Virus record (IMG/VR): IMGVR_UViG_3300033417_000024
Location: 1-42,097 of that record
Reading direction: 5' to 3' (one strand)
Source: a virus
Lineage: Duplodnaviria > Caudoviricetes
DNA: 42,097 bases
Each line of letters opens with the position of its first letter. Positions within the stretch are counted from its first letter, which is position 1. The position numbers were made by a program, and so were the translations under genes. The notes below the pieces were generated by a model. That model made no database searches and was not told the DNA's origin. It worked only from the letters and a program-made list of their open reading frames with translations. Shown one piece after another: positions 8,832 to 17,173 of the stretch.

Positions 8832-9769
8832 TGGAGCGATTCGACCTGGCCGACTACTACGCCACCTACCCCCAGGCCCGCAAACGGGGCTTCATCAAAT
8901 GGGAGCCACGCGACGCAACACTCGTGGTGCTCCGTCAGATCACGGAAGTCATCGCCGAGTACCGGGCCTACCTTCCGCTCACCCTCCGCCAAGTGTTCTA
9001 CCGCCTTGTCGGACACCACGGGTACGACAAGACCGAGAAGGCGTACAAGCGGCTCGGCGAGTACCTGAACAGGGCACGACGGGCACAGCTGATCCCGTGG
9101 AGCGCCATCCGTGACGACGGTGAACAGGTCCAAGGTGCCGGGGGTTGGGACTCCGAGGATCAGTGGTACGACAGCGTCGAGAGCAGCGCCAAGAACTTCA
9201 TGTTCGACCTCAGCCAAGGGCAGGAGCGAACGGTCATCTTCCTGGTCGAGGCGGCGGGCATGCTCCCACAGATCGCACGAGTGGCACGCGCCTACGGCGT
9301 CGACGCCCGAAGCAGCGGGGGCTTCAACTCGGTCACCGTGACCCATCGCCTCGCTAGCCAGATCACCCGTGACGAGCGGCCGACCGTCGTGCTCCACGTG
9401 GGTGACTTCGACCCGAGTGGCGAAGCCGTCTTCGACAGCCTCGCCGCCGACGTGATCCAGTTCGCTCGAGGGCTCGGCTGCGGCACCGCCCCCGAGTTCT
9501 GGCGTGTCGCAGTCACTGAGGATCAGGTCACCGAGTACAACCTCCCGTCATCGCCGGCGAAGCACACCGACCAGCGGGGCGACTGGGGCTTCGGCAAGAA
9601 CGAGGCGACCCAGGCAGAGGCGTTCTCTCCCGATGTCCTGGCCGCAATCGTCACCGAGGCCTGTGAGGAGTTCACCGACATGGGCGTCCTCTTGGAGACG
9701 CAGGAGCGGGGCAGAGATGCCAGCGACCGGCTCGTTGCGGCGATCCGAGACCTGAGAGGAGCCGACTGA
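8831..9769 (+). CDS. Topoisomerase VI-A/Spo11-like winged-helix + TOPRIM protein (DUF2399/JetD-like C terminus)
   Basis: LTLRQVFYRL (Tyr-bearing helix), IFLVE, LHVGDFDPSG (DxD) and RVAVTxDQ...YNLP motifs. Confidence 0.8.
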   Translation: MERFDLADYYATYPQARKRGFIKWEPRDATLVVLRQITEVIAEYRAYLPLTLRQVFYRLVGHHGYDKTEKAYKRLGEYLNRARRAQLIPWSAIRDDGEQVQGAGGWDSEDQWYDSVESSAKNFMFDLSQGQERTVIFLVEAAGMLPQIARVARAYGVDARSSGGFNSVTVTHRLASQITRDERPTVVLHVGDFDPSGEAVFDSLAADVIQFARGLGCGTAPEFWRVAVTEDQVTEYNLPSSPAKHTDQRGDWGFGKNEATQAEAFSPDVLAAIVTEACEEFTDMGVLLETQERGRDASDRLVAAIRDLRGAD

Positions 9770-9996
9770 TGGCCTACGACACGACCCTGACCCCTCAGAA
9801 TCTCCGGGTCCAAGTCGGCGCCGAATGGACCCGGGAGAAAATCGACGACACCCTCACCGAAGTCGTCCGAGCGATCACCCGCGGGGACTTCCCCGCCGAG
9901 CCCGCTTTCCCCTGGGGCGACGGGAGCGGCTATGAAGCTCAGGGCCTGCGGGCCACCATCCTCGACACGCTGGCCCACCCGACACACGACCATTGA
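9769..9996 (+). CDS. Hypothetical protein, 75 aa
   Basis: TGATG coupling; RBS. Confidence 0.6.
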   Translation: MAYDTTLTPQNLRVQVGAEWTREKIDDTLTEVVRAITRGDFPAEPAFPWGDGSGYEAQGLRATILDTLAHPTHDH

Positions 9997-10037
9997 GCCA
10001 ACAGAGAACGAGAAGCAGACCAGCACAGGAGGAAGCC

Positions 10038-10250
10038 ATGAGCACGCAAGCACGCGCCCTGATCGAGGCCAGCATCGCCGAGGCGCTCACACGTCGAGAG
10101 ACCATCATCATCGACCTCGCCGCGACGAAGCGGAGACGCGAGAGGTTGCTCGCCAAGCGCACCGCCACGGAAGCCGAGATCGACGAACTCACGAGCGCCC
10201 TCGACAGTCTCGGCGGCCCGCTGCCCAAGGAGGAGGACGACCAGCCATGA
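10038..10250 (+). CDS. Small coiled-coil protein
   Basis: AGGAGG RBS; heptad-like helix. Confidence 0.75.
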   Translation: MSTQARALIEASIAEALTRRETIIIDLAATKRRRERLLAKRTATEAEIDELTSALDSLGGPLPKEEDDQP

Positions 10251-11311
10251 CCGACAAGTCCGAGGAGTCACCGGCGGGGACACCCGCAGCGGCGGCGGTC
10301 GACCCGGCGAAGGCCCAGGAGATGGAGAACAAGCTGGCGGTGGCGGTGACCGAGGCGCCGCTCACCTTCAAGATGCTGAACAACATCGTCCGCACCGAGT
10401 TCGTCCCCGGTGCGCTGCGCGGCAAGCCGATGGCGGCGCTCGCCGCGATCAAGACCGGACAGGAGTTGGGGCTCGGGCCGATGACCTCGATGCGTGCCAT
10501 CGACGTGATCGACGGCAACCCGACCCCGTCGGCGGAGCTGCTCAACGCGATGATCCGCAAAGCCGGCCACTCGCTGCTCCCCGTCCACGTCGGAGCCGAC
10601 TACTGCGAGCTGCTCGCCCGCCGCCGAGACGACCCGGCCGACCCCTTCCGGGTGACCGAGGAGTTCGCTTTCGTGCTGACCATCGAGGATATGGACAAGG
10701 TCACCTACAAGAAGGACGGCAAGTGGGTGCCGCTCACCAGCAAGAAGGTGTGGAAGGACTACACGCCGCAGATGCTGTGGGCCCGCTGCGTCTCATGGGC
10801 GGCGCGGGTGATGTTCCCCGACGTGACTCTCAAGCTCGGGTACACGGCCGACGAGTTGGCACCGGCGGATGAGGCTCATCCCCCGGTGCCGGGCGAGTCG
10901 TACTTCGACGACGACGGAGCGATCGTCACCATCCCCCTCCCCGAGGACGACCCGGCGATCGTCGAGGCCGACGTCGTCGAGGACAACGAGGGCATGCCTG
11001 GCGGTGACGGGTGGGATGAGCTCGTCGCCCTCATCGGGGGGGAGGTCGACACCAAGACGAGGGAGCGGATCGAGGCGCAGGTCCGACGTCTCTACCAGCT
11101 CATGTCTGATCAGGGGATCTGGCCCGACGGTTCCCTCTACGACCACCTCGGGAAGTACGGGGTGGAGCCGTCCGGCCACGACAATCGGGTCCACTGGGCC
11201 GGGTTGAAGCGGAAGGACCCGATGATCGCCTTCGCCGAGCTCGCCTTCACCAAGGCACGCCACGACGTCGCCGAGTTCGCCAGACAGGAAGGGGACGATA
11301 CCGATGGCTGA
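10247..11311 (+). CDS. RecT-like single-strand annealing/recombination protein
   Basis: FVPxALRGKP...GQELGLGPMTSMxxIDVIDGxP...IRKAGH...PQMLWAR...FPDV..LGYTADE pattern typical of actinophage RecT-like proteins. Confidence 0.8.
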   Translation: MTDKSEESPAGTPAAAAVDPAKAQEMENKLAVAVTEAPLTFKMLNNIVRTEFVPGALRGKPMAALAAIKTGQELGLGPMTSMRAIDVIDGNPTPSAELLNAMIRKAGHSLLPVHVGADYCELLARRRDDPADPFRVTEEFAFVLTIEDMDKVTYKKDGKWVPLTSKKVWKDYTPQMLWARCVSWAARVMFPDVTLKLGYTADELAPADEAHPPVPGESYFDDDGAIVTIPLPEDDPAIVEADVVEDNEGMPGGDGWDELVALIGGEVDTKTRERIEAQVRRLYQLMSDQGIWPDGSLYDHLGKYGVEPSGHDNRVHWAGLKRKDPMIAFAELAFTKARHDVAEFARQEGDDTDG

Positions 11312-11477
11312 GACGACTTCCCGCCGGCGGGGCCGGGGGCGGACGGTGTTCGTGAACACGATGGTCGACCCCGACACACGCCGTTGGGTGCGGGAGGAAG
11401 CCGGCCGTCGGGGGACGACGGTGTCGACGATGCTGTACGAGCTGCTGTTGGCGGAACGTAAGAGGCTCGGCCACTGA
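11304..11477 (+). CDS. Ribbon-helix-helix DNA-binding protein, 57 aa (not in the ORF track)
   Basis: Translated by hand: TVFVNTMVDPDTRRWVREEAGRRGTTVSTMLYELL, a strand-helix-G-T/S-helix pattern. Confidence 0.7.
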   Translation: MAETTSRRRGRGRTVFVNTMVDPDTRRWVREEAGRRGTTVSTMLYELLLAERKRLGH

Positions 11478-11493
11478 GAGAAAGGACGAGGGG

Positions 11494-11835
11494 ATGCGAC
11501 GGATTCCGGTGAAGATCCGGTCGGAGGGGGCGTTCCGGGAGAGTCCCGGGCGCGCCGTGGTGGTGATCGAGTACTCGGATGGGACAACCGAGCCGTTGCC
11601 CCACCTGGTGAAGCACAGTCCCGACGGGTTCGCGTGGGGGTACGGGGGATCCGGCCCCTCGGACCTGGCCCGCTCGATCGTAGGGTGGGTGCTCAGCACC
11701 AAGGACCCCCATCCACGGGTCTACCAGGCGGTGAAGGCGGAGCTCGTCGCCGGCGCCGATCAGAACAAGCCGTTCCTGGTGGGGATGGTCGCGGTGCGGA
11801 CCGCAGTCGACCGGGCGACCAGGGGGCCGGCATGA
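11494..11835 (+). CDS. DUF6166-like protein
   Basis: HSPDGFAWGYGGSGPSDLA signature. Confidence 0.8.
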   Translation: MRRIPVKIRSEGAFRESPGRAVVVIEYSDGTTEPLPHLVKHSPDGFAWGYGGSGPSDLARSIVGWVLSTKDPHPRVYQAVKAELVAGADQNKPFLVGMVAVRTAVDRATRGPA

Positions 11836-12092
11836 CGACCTTCCCCGACGACTTCGTCCGTCTCAACCTGACCATCGGCACCCAGCACGTGCGGCTCGTC
11901 AAAGTCGGGCTCGACTGGCCGCCGCCGGAGCGGCTGTTCCTCGGTCCGGCGGGGGAGCTGCGTGTGGCGAGGCCGTCGGATCCACTCGAGAACGTGCTGG
12001 TCCGGACCTCGATGTCGACGATCAGCGACGAGCAGCGAGCCGGCATGCGCCATGTGGCCCGTGGCGCCGAGTACCACTACCACAACGCATAG
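11832..12092 (+). CDS. Hypothetical protein, 86 aa
   Basis: ATGA overlap; GLDWPPPE and HVARGAEY motifs. Confidence 0.7.
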   Translation: MTTFPDDFVRLNLTIGTQHVRLVKVGLDWPPPERLFLGPAGELRVARPSDPLENVLVRTSMSTISDEQRAGMRHVARGAEYHYHNA

Positions 12093-12102
12093 GGGGGACG
12101 GG

Positions 12103-12390
12103 ATGAACCAACGGCAACGCGAGGCGCTCACCAACCCCCTCGAGGATGCTCAGGCCGACATTCGGCGGCGCCGCCGGGTCCACCGGATTCACCACAACCG
12201 GCTTCTCGTGGTGATCCTCACCGTCGACAGGTGAGCACGTCTCAACGATGGGCGGCCCGCGTACCCGCGGGGGGTGGGCCATCTGCGGGTCCCCGTCACC
12301 GCAGCCGAGTACCTGCTGGTCCCTCCCGGCATCGTGACCACCGACGCCGGCGACACCGGACCGAGGCGACCCCGCTCGATCAACGACTGA
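12103..12390 (+). pseudogene. ORF interrupted by an in-frame TGA at 12232-12234
   Basis: The same frame continues after the TGA with GC3-rich codons (HLRVPVTAAEYLLVPPGIVTTDAG) to TGA at 12388-12390. Confidence 0.45.
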
Positions 12391-12415
12391 CCCGACCATA
12401 GAGAGGACTACGACC

Positions 12416-12910
12416 ATGAACGACATGCCCAACCCACCCTTTGCCCGGTTCCGCAAGAAGCCGGTCGTCGTGTCCGCGATCCAGTGGACGGGGGAGAACC
12501 TCCAGTCGGTCGACGCCTTCTTCGGAGACGGCTTCGGTGACTGGCAGCTATTCAACGTCGAGAGCGATAACCCAGCCATCGGAATTATGACCCTCGAGGG
12601 CTCGATGCGCGCCGGAGTCGGCGACTGGATCATCCGTGGCGTTCAGGGTGAGTTCTACCCCTGCAAGCCGGACATCTTCGAGGCCACCTATGACCCGGTG
12701 CTGGCCGACGGGACCGCGGGGACGCGTGTCACGGCAACTGACCTAGCCACCGGCGAGGAAGAGACGGACGAGATCGTCGACGACTTCGTGCTGGTGACGA
12801 ACGGTCGGTGCTATCTCGCTCACACCGTCGCCTACATCTCAACCGGGACGACGGTGCTCACGATCAAGACGGAGAAAGTGCTCCCGACATCAACCAACGG
12901 CGCGCGCTAG
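12416..12910 (+). CDS. Conserved phage protein (RKKPV...GEFYPCKPDIF, PGDYG-like domain) with an extra C-terminal domain
   Basis: FRKKPVVVSAIQWTG...GDWIIRGVQGEFYPCKPDIFEATY. Confidence 0.85.
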   Translation: MNDMPNPPFARFRKKPVVVSAIQWTGENLQSVDAFFGDGFGDWQLFNVESDNPAIGIMTLEGSMRAGVGDWIIRGVQGEFYPCKPDIFEATYDPVLADGTAGTRVTATDLATGEEETDEIVDDFVLVTNGRCYLAHTVAYISTGTTVLTIKTEKVLPTSTNGAR

Positions 12911-12939
12911 GGTCGCGCGCCCCGACGAGGAGGACGACC

Positions 12940-13251
12940 ATGACCGACGAATCACACCAGGCGCACGACCCGCCGCCGCCGACCACCGCGCAGCTCGGAG
13001 AGGAACTTCTCGACGCCCTCAAAGCGGTGATGATCATGGCGGGATACGCCCCGACGTTCGTGGCGACCCGGGCGGTGGCGATCGTCGAGATCGCCCACAC
13101 CAACGACGCCGACCAGACCCTGGTGGTGCTCACCACCACCATCCCGGCGTGGACCGCGCTCGGGCTGATCAAGGGCGCCGAGATCCAGATGAAGCAACTC
13201 GTCATCGGTGCGCTGTGGCGCGCCCACGGTGGAGAGGAGGAAGACTCTTGA
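12940..13251 (+). CDS. Hypothetical protein, 103 aa
   Basis: GAGGAGGACGACC RBS; PAWTALGLI motif resembles the 41328-41505 product. Confidence 0.75.
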   Translation: MTDESHQAHDPPPPTTAQLGEELLDALKAVMIMAGYAPTFVATRAVAIVEIAHTNDADQTLVVLTTTIPAWTALGLIKGAEIQMKQLVIGALWRAHGGEEEDS

Positions 13252-13539
13252 TGCGGTGAGGATCACCCCAACCCACAAAGACCTGGGATAGGGATTGACC
13301 GTCGAGTTGGGAGATCAAGCGGCCTCCTCCCCAGGCCAACGGCTGCGACCGAATCGCGAAGTGGCCGGATGGCGCGTCGGGGAGATGCAAGTCCCCCTTG
13401 ACCGCGGATTGTGGCAGTTACGGTGGCGGATCGCGTTCAGATCACCTGGGGCCACGCTGCCCCGGCGTCGACGAGAAGTTACAGGCATCGGGTCCCGCAG
13501 GGCTTCGTGGCGATGCCTAGACGAACGGGAGGATGGAAG

Positions 13540-13788
13540 ATGAGCGACGAACGATTCGACATGCGACCGGTCGACTCGAGTCATATCGAGGTGGTCGGGT
13601 GGAGGGAGACGGAGATCACCGACGTCGGGATCCTGCGTGTGGAGTTCTCCAACGGGGCCCTGTACGACTACTTCGATGTGCCGCGGGGTGTGTTCATGGG
13701 GATCCTCGAGGCACCGAGCGCCGGCCGGTATCTGAACGATTGGGTGAAGCCGATGTATCAGGCGCTCAAAGTTGAAGGAGGCCTGTGA
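13540..13788 (+). CDS. KTSC domain protein
   Basis: VDSSHIxxVGW...LRVEFSNGALYDYFDVP...APSAGRYLN. Confidence 0.9.
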   Translation: MSDERFDMRPVDSSHIEVVGWRETEITDVGILRVEFSNGALYDYFDVPRGVFMGILEAPSAGRYLNDWVKPMYQALKVEGGL

Positions 13789-14057
13789 TGACAGGCTGGC
13801 ACGTTCCGGTAGGAGACGGGTGCGAGGTTGAGTCGTGTCCCGATTGGCGGCACGTCACGGATCCCAGGCTGGTGGCTCAGGTTCAGATGGAGGTCGGGGC
13901 GTTTCTGTTCTCTGGTGAGTGGGATCACTTGTCCGTTCCGGAGGCGCGAGTGGAGGCCGACAAGATCACGAAGGCGGTCCTGGCTAGGGAAAGGACGACT
14001 GATGAGAGTCAATGTGTATGGCGAGGAACTGACCGACCGTTTACGCTCCTTGTGTAG
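13785..14057 (+). CDS. Hypothetical protein
   Basis: GGAGG RBS, GTGA overlap; 3' end uncertain. Confidence 0.45.
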   Translation: MMTGWHVPVGDGCEVESCPDWRHVTDPRLVAQVQMEVGAFLFSGEWDHLSVPEARVEADKITKAVLARERTTDESQCVWRGTDRPFTLLV

Positions 14058-14089
14058 GTTGGAATCCCCGCCTTCGGGGAGGATGTCAA
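14045..14089 (+). mobile_element. IS200/IS605-family right-end remnant or PATE-like mini-element
   Basis: TTAC (14041-14044), then GAAT-CCCCG-CCTT-CGGGG-AGGATG-TCAA, i.e. guide + hairpin + TCAA end; no tnpA or tnpB in the window. Confidence 0.7.
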
Positions 14090-14150
14090 ACGGCTAGGAT
14101 CAGCGCCGAAGCCTGTGAACGTCGGATCGTCCAAGAGGGAGCCCCATCCC

Positions 14151-14348
14151 ATGCGGATCATTGGTGACATCAAACCCGGTTCCTCCCGCCACACCGACGA
14201 GGAGTTCGACCTGCTGATGCGGTGGGCCCGCACCGATCCGGGTCCCCGCACCGACCGCGCGGTGGTCGAGCTCGTCAAGTTCGTCGGCGTCACCTTCGGC
14301 CTGACCTTCGGGCTGGCGATCATGGTCAGCACCCTCATCGGGTGGTAG
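14151..14348 (+). CDS. Small membrane protein
   Basis: C-terminal hydrophobic helix FVGVTFGLTFGLAIMVSTLIGW. Confidence 0.65.
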   Translation: MRIIGDIKPGSSRHTDEEFDLLMRWARTDPGPRTDRAVVELVKFVGVTFGLTFGLAIMVSTLIGW

Positions 14349-14358
14349 CGTCCCCCCC

Positions 14359-15096
14359 ATGATCAGCGGCTCCCAGGTCACCGTCCGAGCCAGTCGACCC
14401 AGCATCGTCGTCGACCCCGACAACGCCTCCGACGTCTTTCTCGCCAACCCGGCCTCCGCCGCGATCGAGCTCGGCGGCCCGGCTCTCGCCTTCGGGTCGG
14501 GTTTCGCCTACGCCTCGGGGTCCCTCGAGCTCGGCCTGTACGCCGGTGACACCCTCTACGGCCAGCTCGACCCGGATACCTCGCTCGTCGACGCCGACGC
14601 GGTCGTCACCGAGGACGACTCGGGTGCCACGTTCGCCGATGAGACCACCGACGCCGGCGAGGGGACCGCCAACGACGTCACCCTCCCCGACCCCTTCGAC
14701 GAGAACGACGCCCTCTACATCGGCGCCGACGCCCTGTTCGCCGGCGTCGACATCAACGTCGGCACCGTCGGAGTCGGAGACGCCGTAGATGATGAACTCG
14801 CCTACGAGTACTGGAACGGCGCCGCCTGGACCGCGCTGGGCGACGTCACCGACGGCACCGAGGGGCTCACCGTCACCGCCACCAACCGTCTAGCCTTCAC
14901 CGTCCCCGACGACTGGACCGCCAACACGGTCAACAGCCAGGGCCCCTACTTCTACATCAGGATCCGGGCGACCGCCGACGATGTCTGGAACACCACCCAG
15001 CCGATCATCACCCAGCTGTGGGTACTCGACGACGAGACCGGGACCGCCACCCTCGAGCTGCTCGTGGTCGACTCACATGGCCGCGGTCAGGTCTAG
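14359..15096 (+). CDS. Acidic beta-rich putative virion surface/decoration protein with an inserted domain
   Basis: Residues ~83-223 are about 50% identical (hand alignment) to part of the 22661-23956 product; leaderless -10 TGGTAGCGT-N7-ATG. Confidence 0.75.
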   Translation: MISGSQVTVRASRPSIVVDPDNASDVFLANPASAAIELGGPALAFGSGFAYASGSLELGLYAGDTLYGQLDPDTSLVDADAVVTEDDSGATFADETTDAGEGTANDVTLPDPFDENDALYIGADALFAGVDINVGTVGVGDAVDDELAYEYWNGAAWTALGDVTDGTEGLTVTATNRLAFTVPDDWTANTVNSQGPYFYIRIRATADDVWNTTQPIITQLWVLDDETGTATLELLVVDSHGRGQV

Positions 15097-15135
15097 ACCA
15101 GCCACATCGACTGAGAGCCCCTCTACGGCCCGTTC

Positions 15136-15390
15136 CTACTCCGTGCGCCCAGGTGTGCCAGCGGACGCCCGGCCGGTCAGCACCCATCGGATGAGCTGCC
15201 TCTGCGCCTGCTGTGACCAACGGATCTGACGGAACAGTGGCGCCGTCGACACCCACTGTTGGAGCATGGCCCGCACCCGAGGCCCGGCGCGCTCGAGGAG
15301 CAGGTTGAGCTCGACGAGCTCGCGCTGCCCCTCGGCGGCCCGGAAGCTCCCCTCCTCGAGGACGACTCCCCGCGGCTCGAGCAGGGTCAC
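15136..15390 (-). CDS. Hypothetical protein, 84 aa (MTLLEPRGVVLEEG...)
   Basis: GTG start overlaps the holin TGA; GC3-rich codons. Confidence 0.65.
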   Translation of the reverse strand: MTLLEPRGVVLEEGSFRAAEGQRELVELNLLLERAGPRVRAMLQQWVSTAPLFRQIRWSQQAQRQLIRWVLTGRASAGTPGRTE

Positions 15391-15638
15391 TCGCGGGGGA
15401 TCGCGAGGATGTCGTGGACGAAGGACGACCCGGAGCCGACCATCAGCCCCGTCAGCCCATAGTCGAGCCAGGCGGCTGCCTCGTAGCCGGCCGCCTCGAA
15501 GAACCGGAGGTCGAAGCCGGCGGCGACGACGATCGCCACCAGGTAGACGACCAGGTTGATCCACGACCAGTGGCCTTGGATGTGTTCGACGAGTTTCTCG
15601 AGGAAGATCGCCACGAACACGAACAGCAGGAACTCCAT
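15387..15638 (-). CDS. Holin-like membrane protein
   Basis: Three hydrophobic segments; TGLMVGSGSSFVHD motif; directly after the endolysin. Confidence 0.8.
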   Translation of the reverse strand: MEFLLFVFVAIFLEKLVEHIQGHWSWINLVVYLVAIVVAAGFDLRFFEAAGYEAAAWLDYGLTGLMVGSGSSFVHDILAIPRE

Positions 15639-15647
15639 CCCAGCCTC

Positions 15648-16478
15648 CTAGTGGTCGAGTAGCGCCGTCCAGGTTGCCACAGCGGCCACCCCGTCCGGAA
15701 GCAATCCGGCCGCCGACTGGAACGCCTTGAGCGCCCCATCGGTGCCGGGCCCGAACTTCCCGTCCGGCCGGTGAAGAACATCGAAGGTCGCCTGAGCGAC
15801 GAACCCACGGACCGCGAGGAGCGCCTGGAGGTCCCGCACCGAATCCCGCGGCCGATACGGGTACTCCTTGCGGAGGATCTCGCGGTGGATGTTGACCTCG
15901 ACCAACGTCGGCCCACCACCACCACCACCGCCACTTTGGGCGAGGAAGATACGGATGTCCAGCTCGATCCGGGGCTGGCCGAGCATCGACTTCGTACGGT
16001 CGATGCCGCCCGGGTAGAAGGCGATCTCGGTGTGGCAGTGCGGGGAACGGATCCAGCCCGGCTGCCCGACCGGGGGGCCCGAACGGCCGACGGTGCCGAT
16101 CTTCTGCCCGGGAGCGATCCGCTGGCCCCGGGCCACCGAGACGGTGTTCATGTGGAGGCCCCGGTAGGACAGGTCCCCGCCGGTGACCGGGATGAGCAGC
16201 TCGGCACCGTAGCCGGCGAGATTCCCGAGCCACCCGGCCCGGTAGACCTCGGTCTCGGTCGGGAACGGGTTGAAGATGCTGGTGCCCAGGTAGGCGTAGA
16301 TGTCGTCGCCGTTGTGGCCTGGCTCCCCGTTGCGGTCGGGGTAGCGGGGATCCCATTTCGAGTTGTAGCCGACGCGGAGCGTCGCGTTGATCACATGATG
16401 GAGCGGACGGGAGGAGGACGGCTGGATCTCGTCGGGGATCGGATGGGTGAGGGTCGTCAGGTCATAGAAGTCGGTCAT
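15648..16478 (-). CDS. Endolysin: M23 peptidase + C-terminal peptidoglycan-binding domain
   Basis: HNGDD and PHCHTE (M23 HxxxD/HxH); DGKFGPGTxxALKAFQ...DGV...TW (PG_binding_1-like). Confidence 0.88.
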   Translation of the reverse strand: MTDFYDLTTLTHPIPDEIQPSSSRPLHHVINATLRVGYNSKWDPRYPDRNGEPGHNGDDIYAYLGTSIFNPFPTETEVYRAGWLGNLAGYGAELLIPVTGGDLSYRGLHMNTVSVARGQRIAPGQKIGTVGRSGPPVGQPGWIRSPHCHTEIAFYPGGIDRTKSMLGQPRIELDIRIFLAQSGGGGGGGPTLVEVNIHREILRKEYPYRPRDSVRDLQALLAVRGFVAQATFDVLHRPDGKFGPGTDGALKAFQSAAGLLPDGVAAVATWTALLDH

Positions 16479-16840
16479 GTCGGTTCGAATGGTACCGGTT
16501 CGGCGCCGAATCCGACGACCTGTGCGGAGAGCCGATCCGCCCAGCGTCGCACCACGAGGAGTTCGGCTTCGAGAAGGTCGACCCGCCGTTCCAGCGCCTC
16601 CTCGGCCCCCCGGCTAGCGGTGAGCTCGGTGCGGAGACGGTCCAGGTCGAGTCTGAGTTCGGCGAAGAGTCCCCGGGCCGCCTGTTCCACCAGGACTGAC
16701 AGCGCGGTTGTCGCCGTGGCGTCGGATCCGGCGTCGAGGGAGCGGCGTTGTGCCCGTACCAGCAGCCAGCCGACACCGGAGACGATGACGATACCGGCAA
16801 GCCACAGCCATGGGGATGCGGTGGGTGGTGGTGTGGTCAT
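16475..16840 (-). CDS. Membrane-anchored coiled-coil protein (lysis cassette)
   Basis: N-terminal TM helix then heptads; ATGA overlaps. Confidence 0.7.
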   Translation of the reverse strand: MTTPPPTASPWLWLAGIVIVSGVGWLLVRAQRRSLDAGSDATATTALSVLVEQAARGLFAELRLDLDRLRTELTASRGAEEALERRVDLLEAELLVVRRWADRLSAQVVGFGAEPVPFEPT

Positions 16841-17136
16841 TCGCCTGAGGCCTCCTTGGCCGCGACATGCCATCGGGCGGCGAAGCGGACGAACCCGACG
16901 ACGAACGCGGGCCAGGTGACACCGAGAAGGAACAGGCTGACCCATCGGCTCAGCAGCTCCGGCCGGGTGACCGCGACGAGGAACGCTGCGGCCCATGAGG
17001 CGGCGGAGAGCCCCAGCCAGATGAGCAGCGCCCGGATCGGGTCACCGCGGTGGAGTCGCCGGGCGACCAGCCAGCAGTTGGCGGCGGTGACGGCGTAGAC
17101 GAAACCTAGGGCTAGTCGAACCTGGTCGTCGGTCAT
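16837..17136 (-). CDS. Three-TM membrane protein (lysis cassette)
   Basis: Three hydrophobic helices. Confidence 0.7.
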   Translation of the reverse strand: MTDDQVRLALGFVYAVTAANCWLVARRLHRGDPIRALLIWLGLSAASWAAAFLVAVTRPELLSRWVSLFLLGVTWPAFVVGFVRFAARWHVAAKEASGE

Positions 17137-17173
17137 TGGGGTCCCTGGCTGGTCGTGTCGGTGGCAACCGCGA

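Noticed and set aside
8831-9769. Complete Wadjet (JetABCD) or topoisomerase VI system
   Set aside because: No SMC, kleisin or GHKL partner gene anywhere in the circle
2170-12945. Recurrent GGAGGACGACC-ATG motifs as a CRISPR-like or mobile repeat
   Set aside because: They always sit directly before start codons and are irregularly spaced, so they are ribosome-binding sites
13398-13424. TTGACC...TACGGT promoter
   Set aside because: The spacer is only 15 nt and the site lies in a probable decayed coding frame
12103-13520. TGA stop-codon reassignment
   Set aside because: Many intact genes end in TGA with ATGA/TGATG coupling; the in-frame TGAs are better explained as decay
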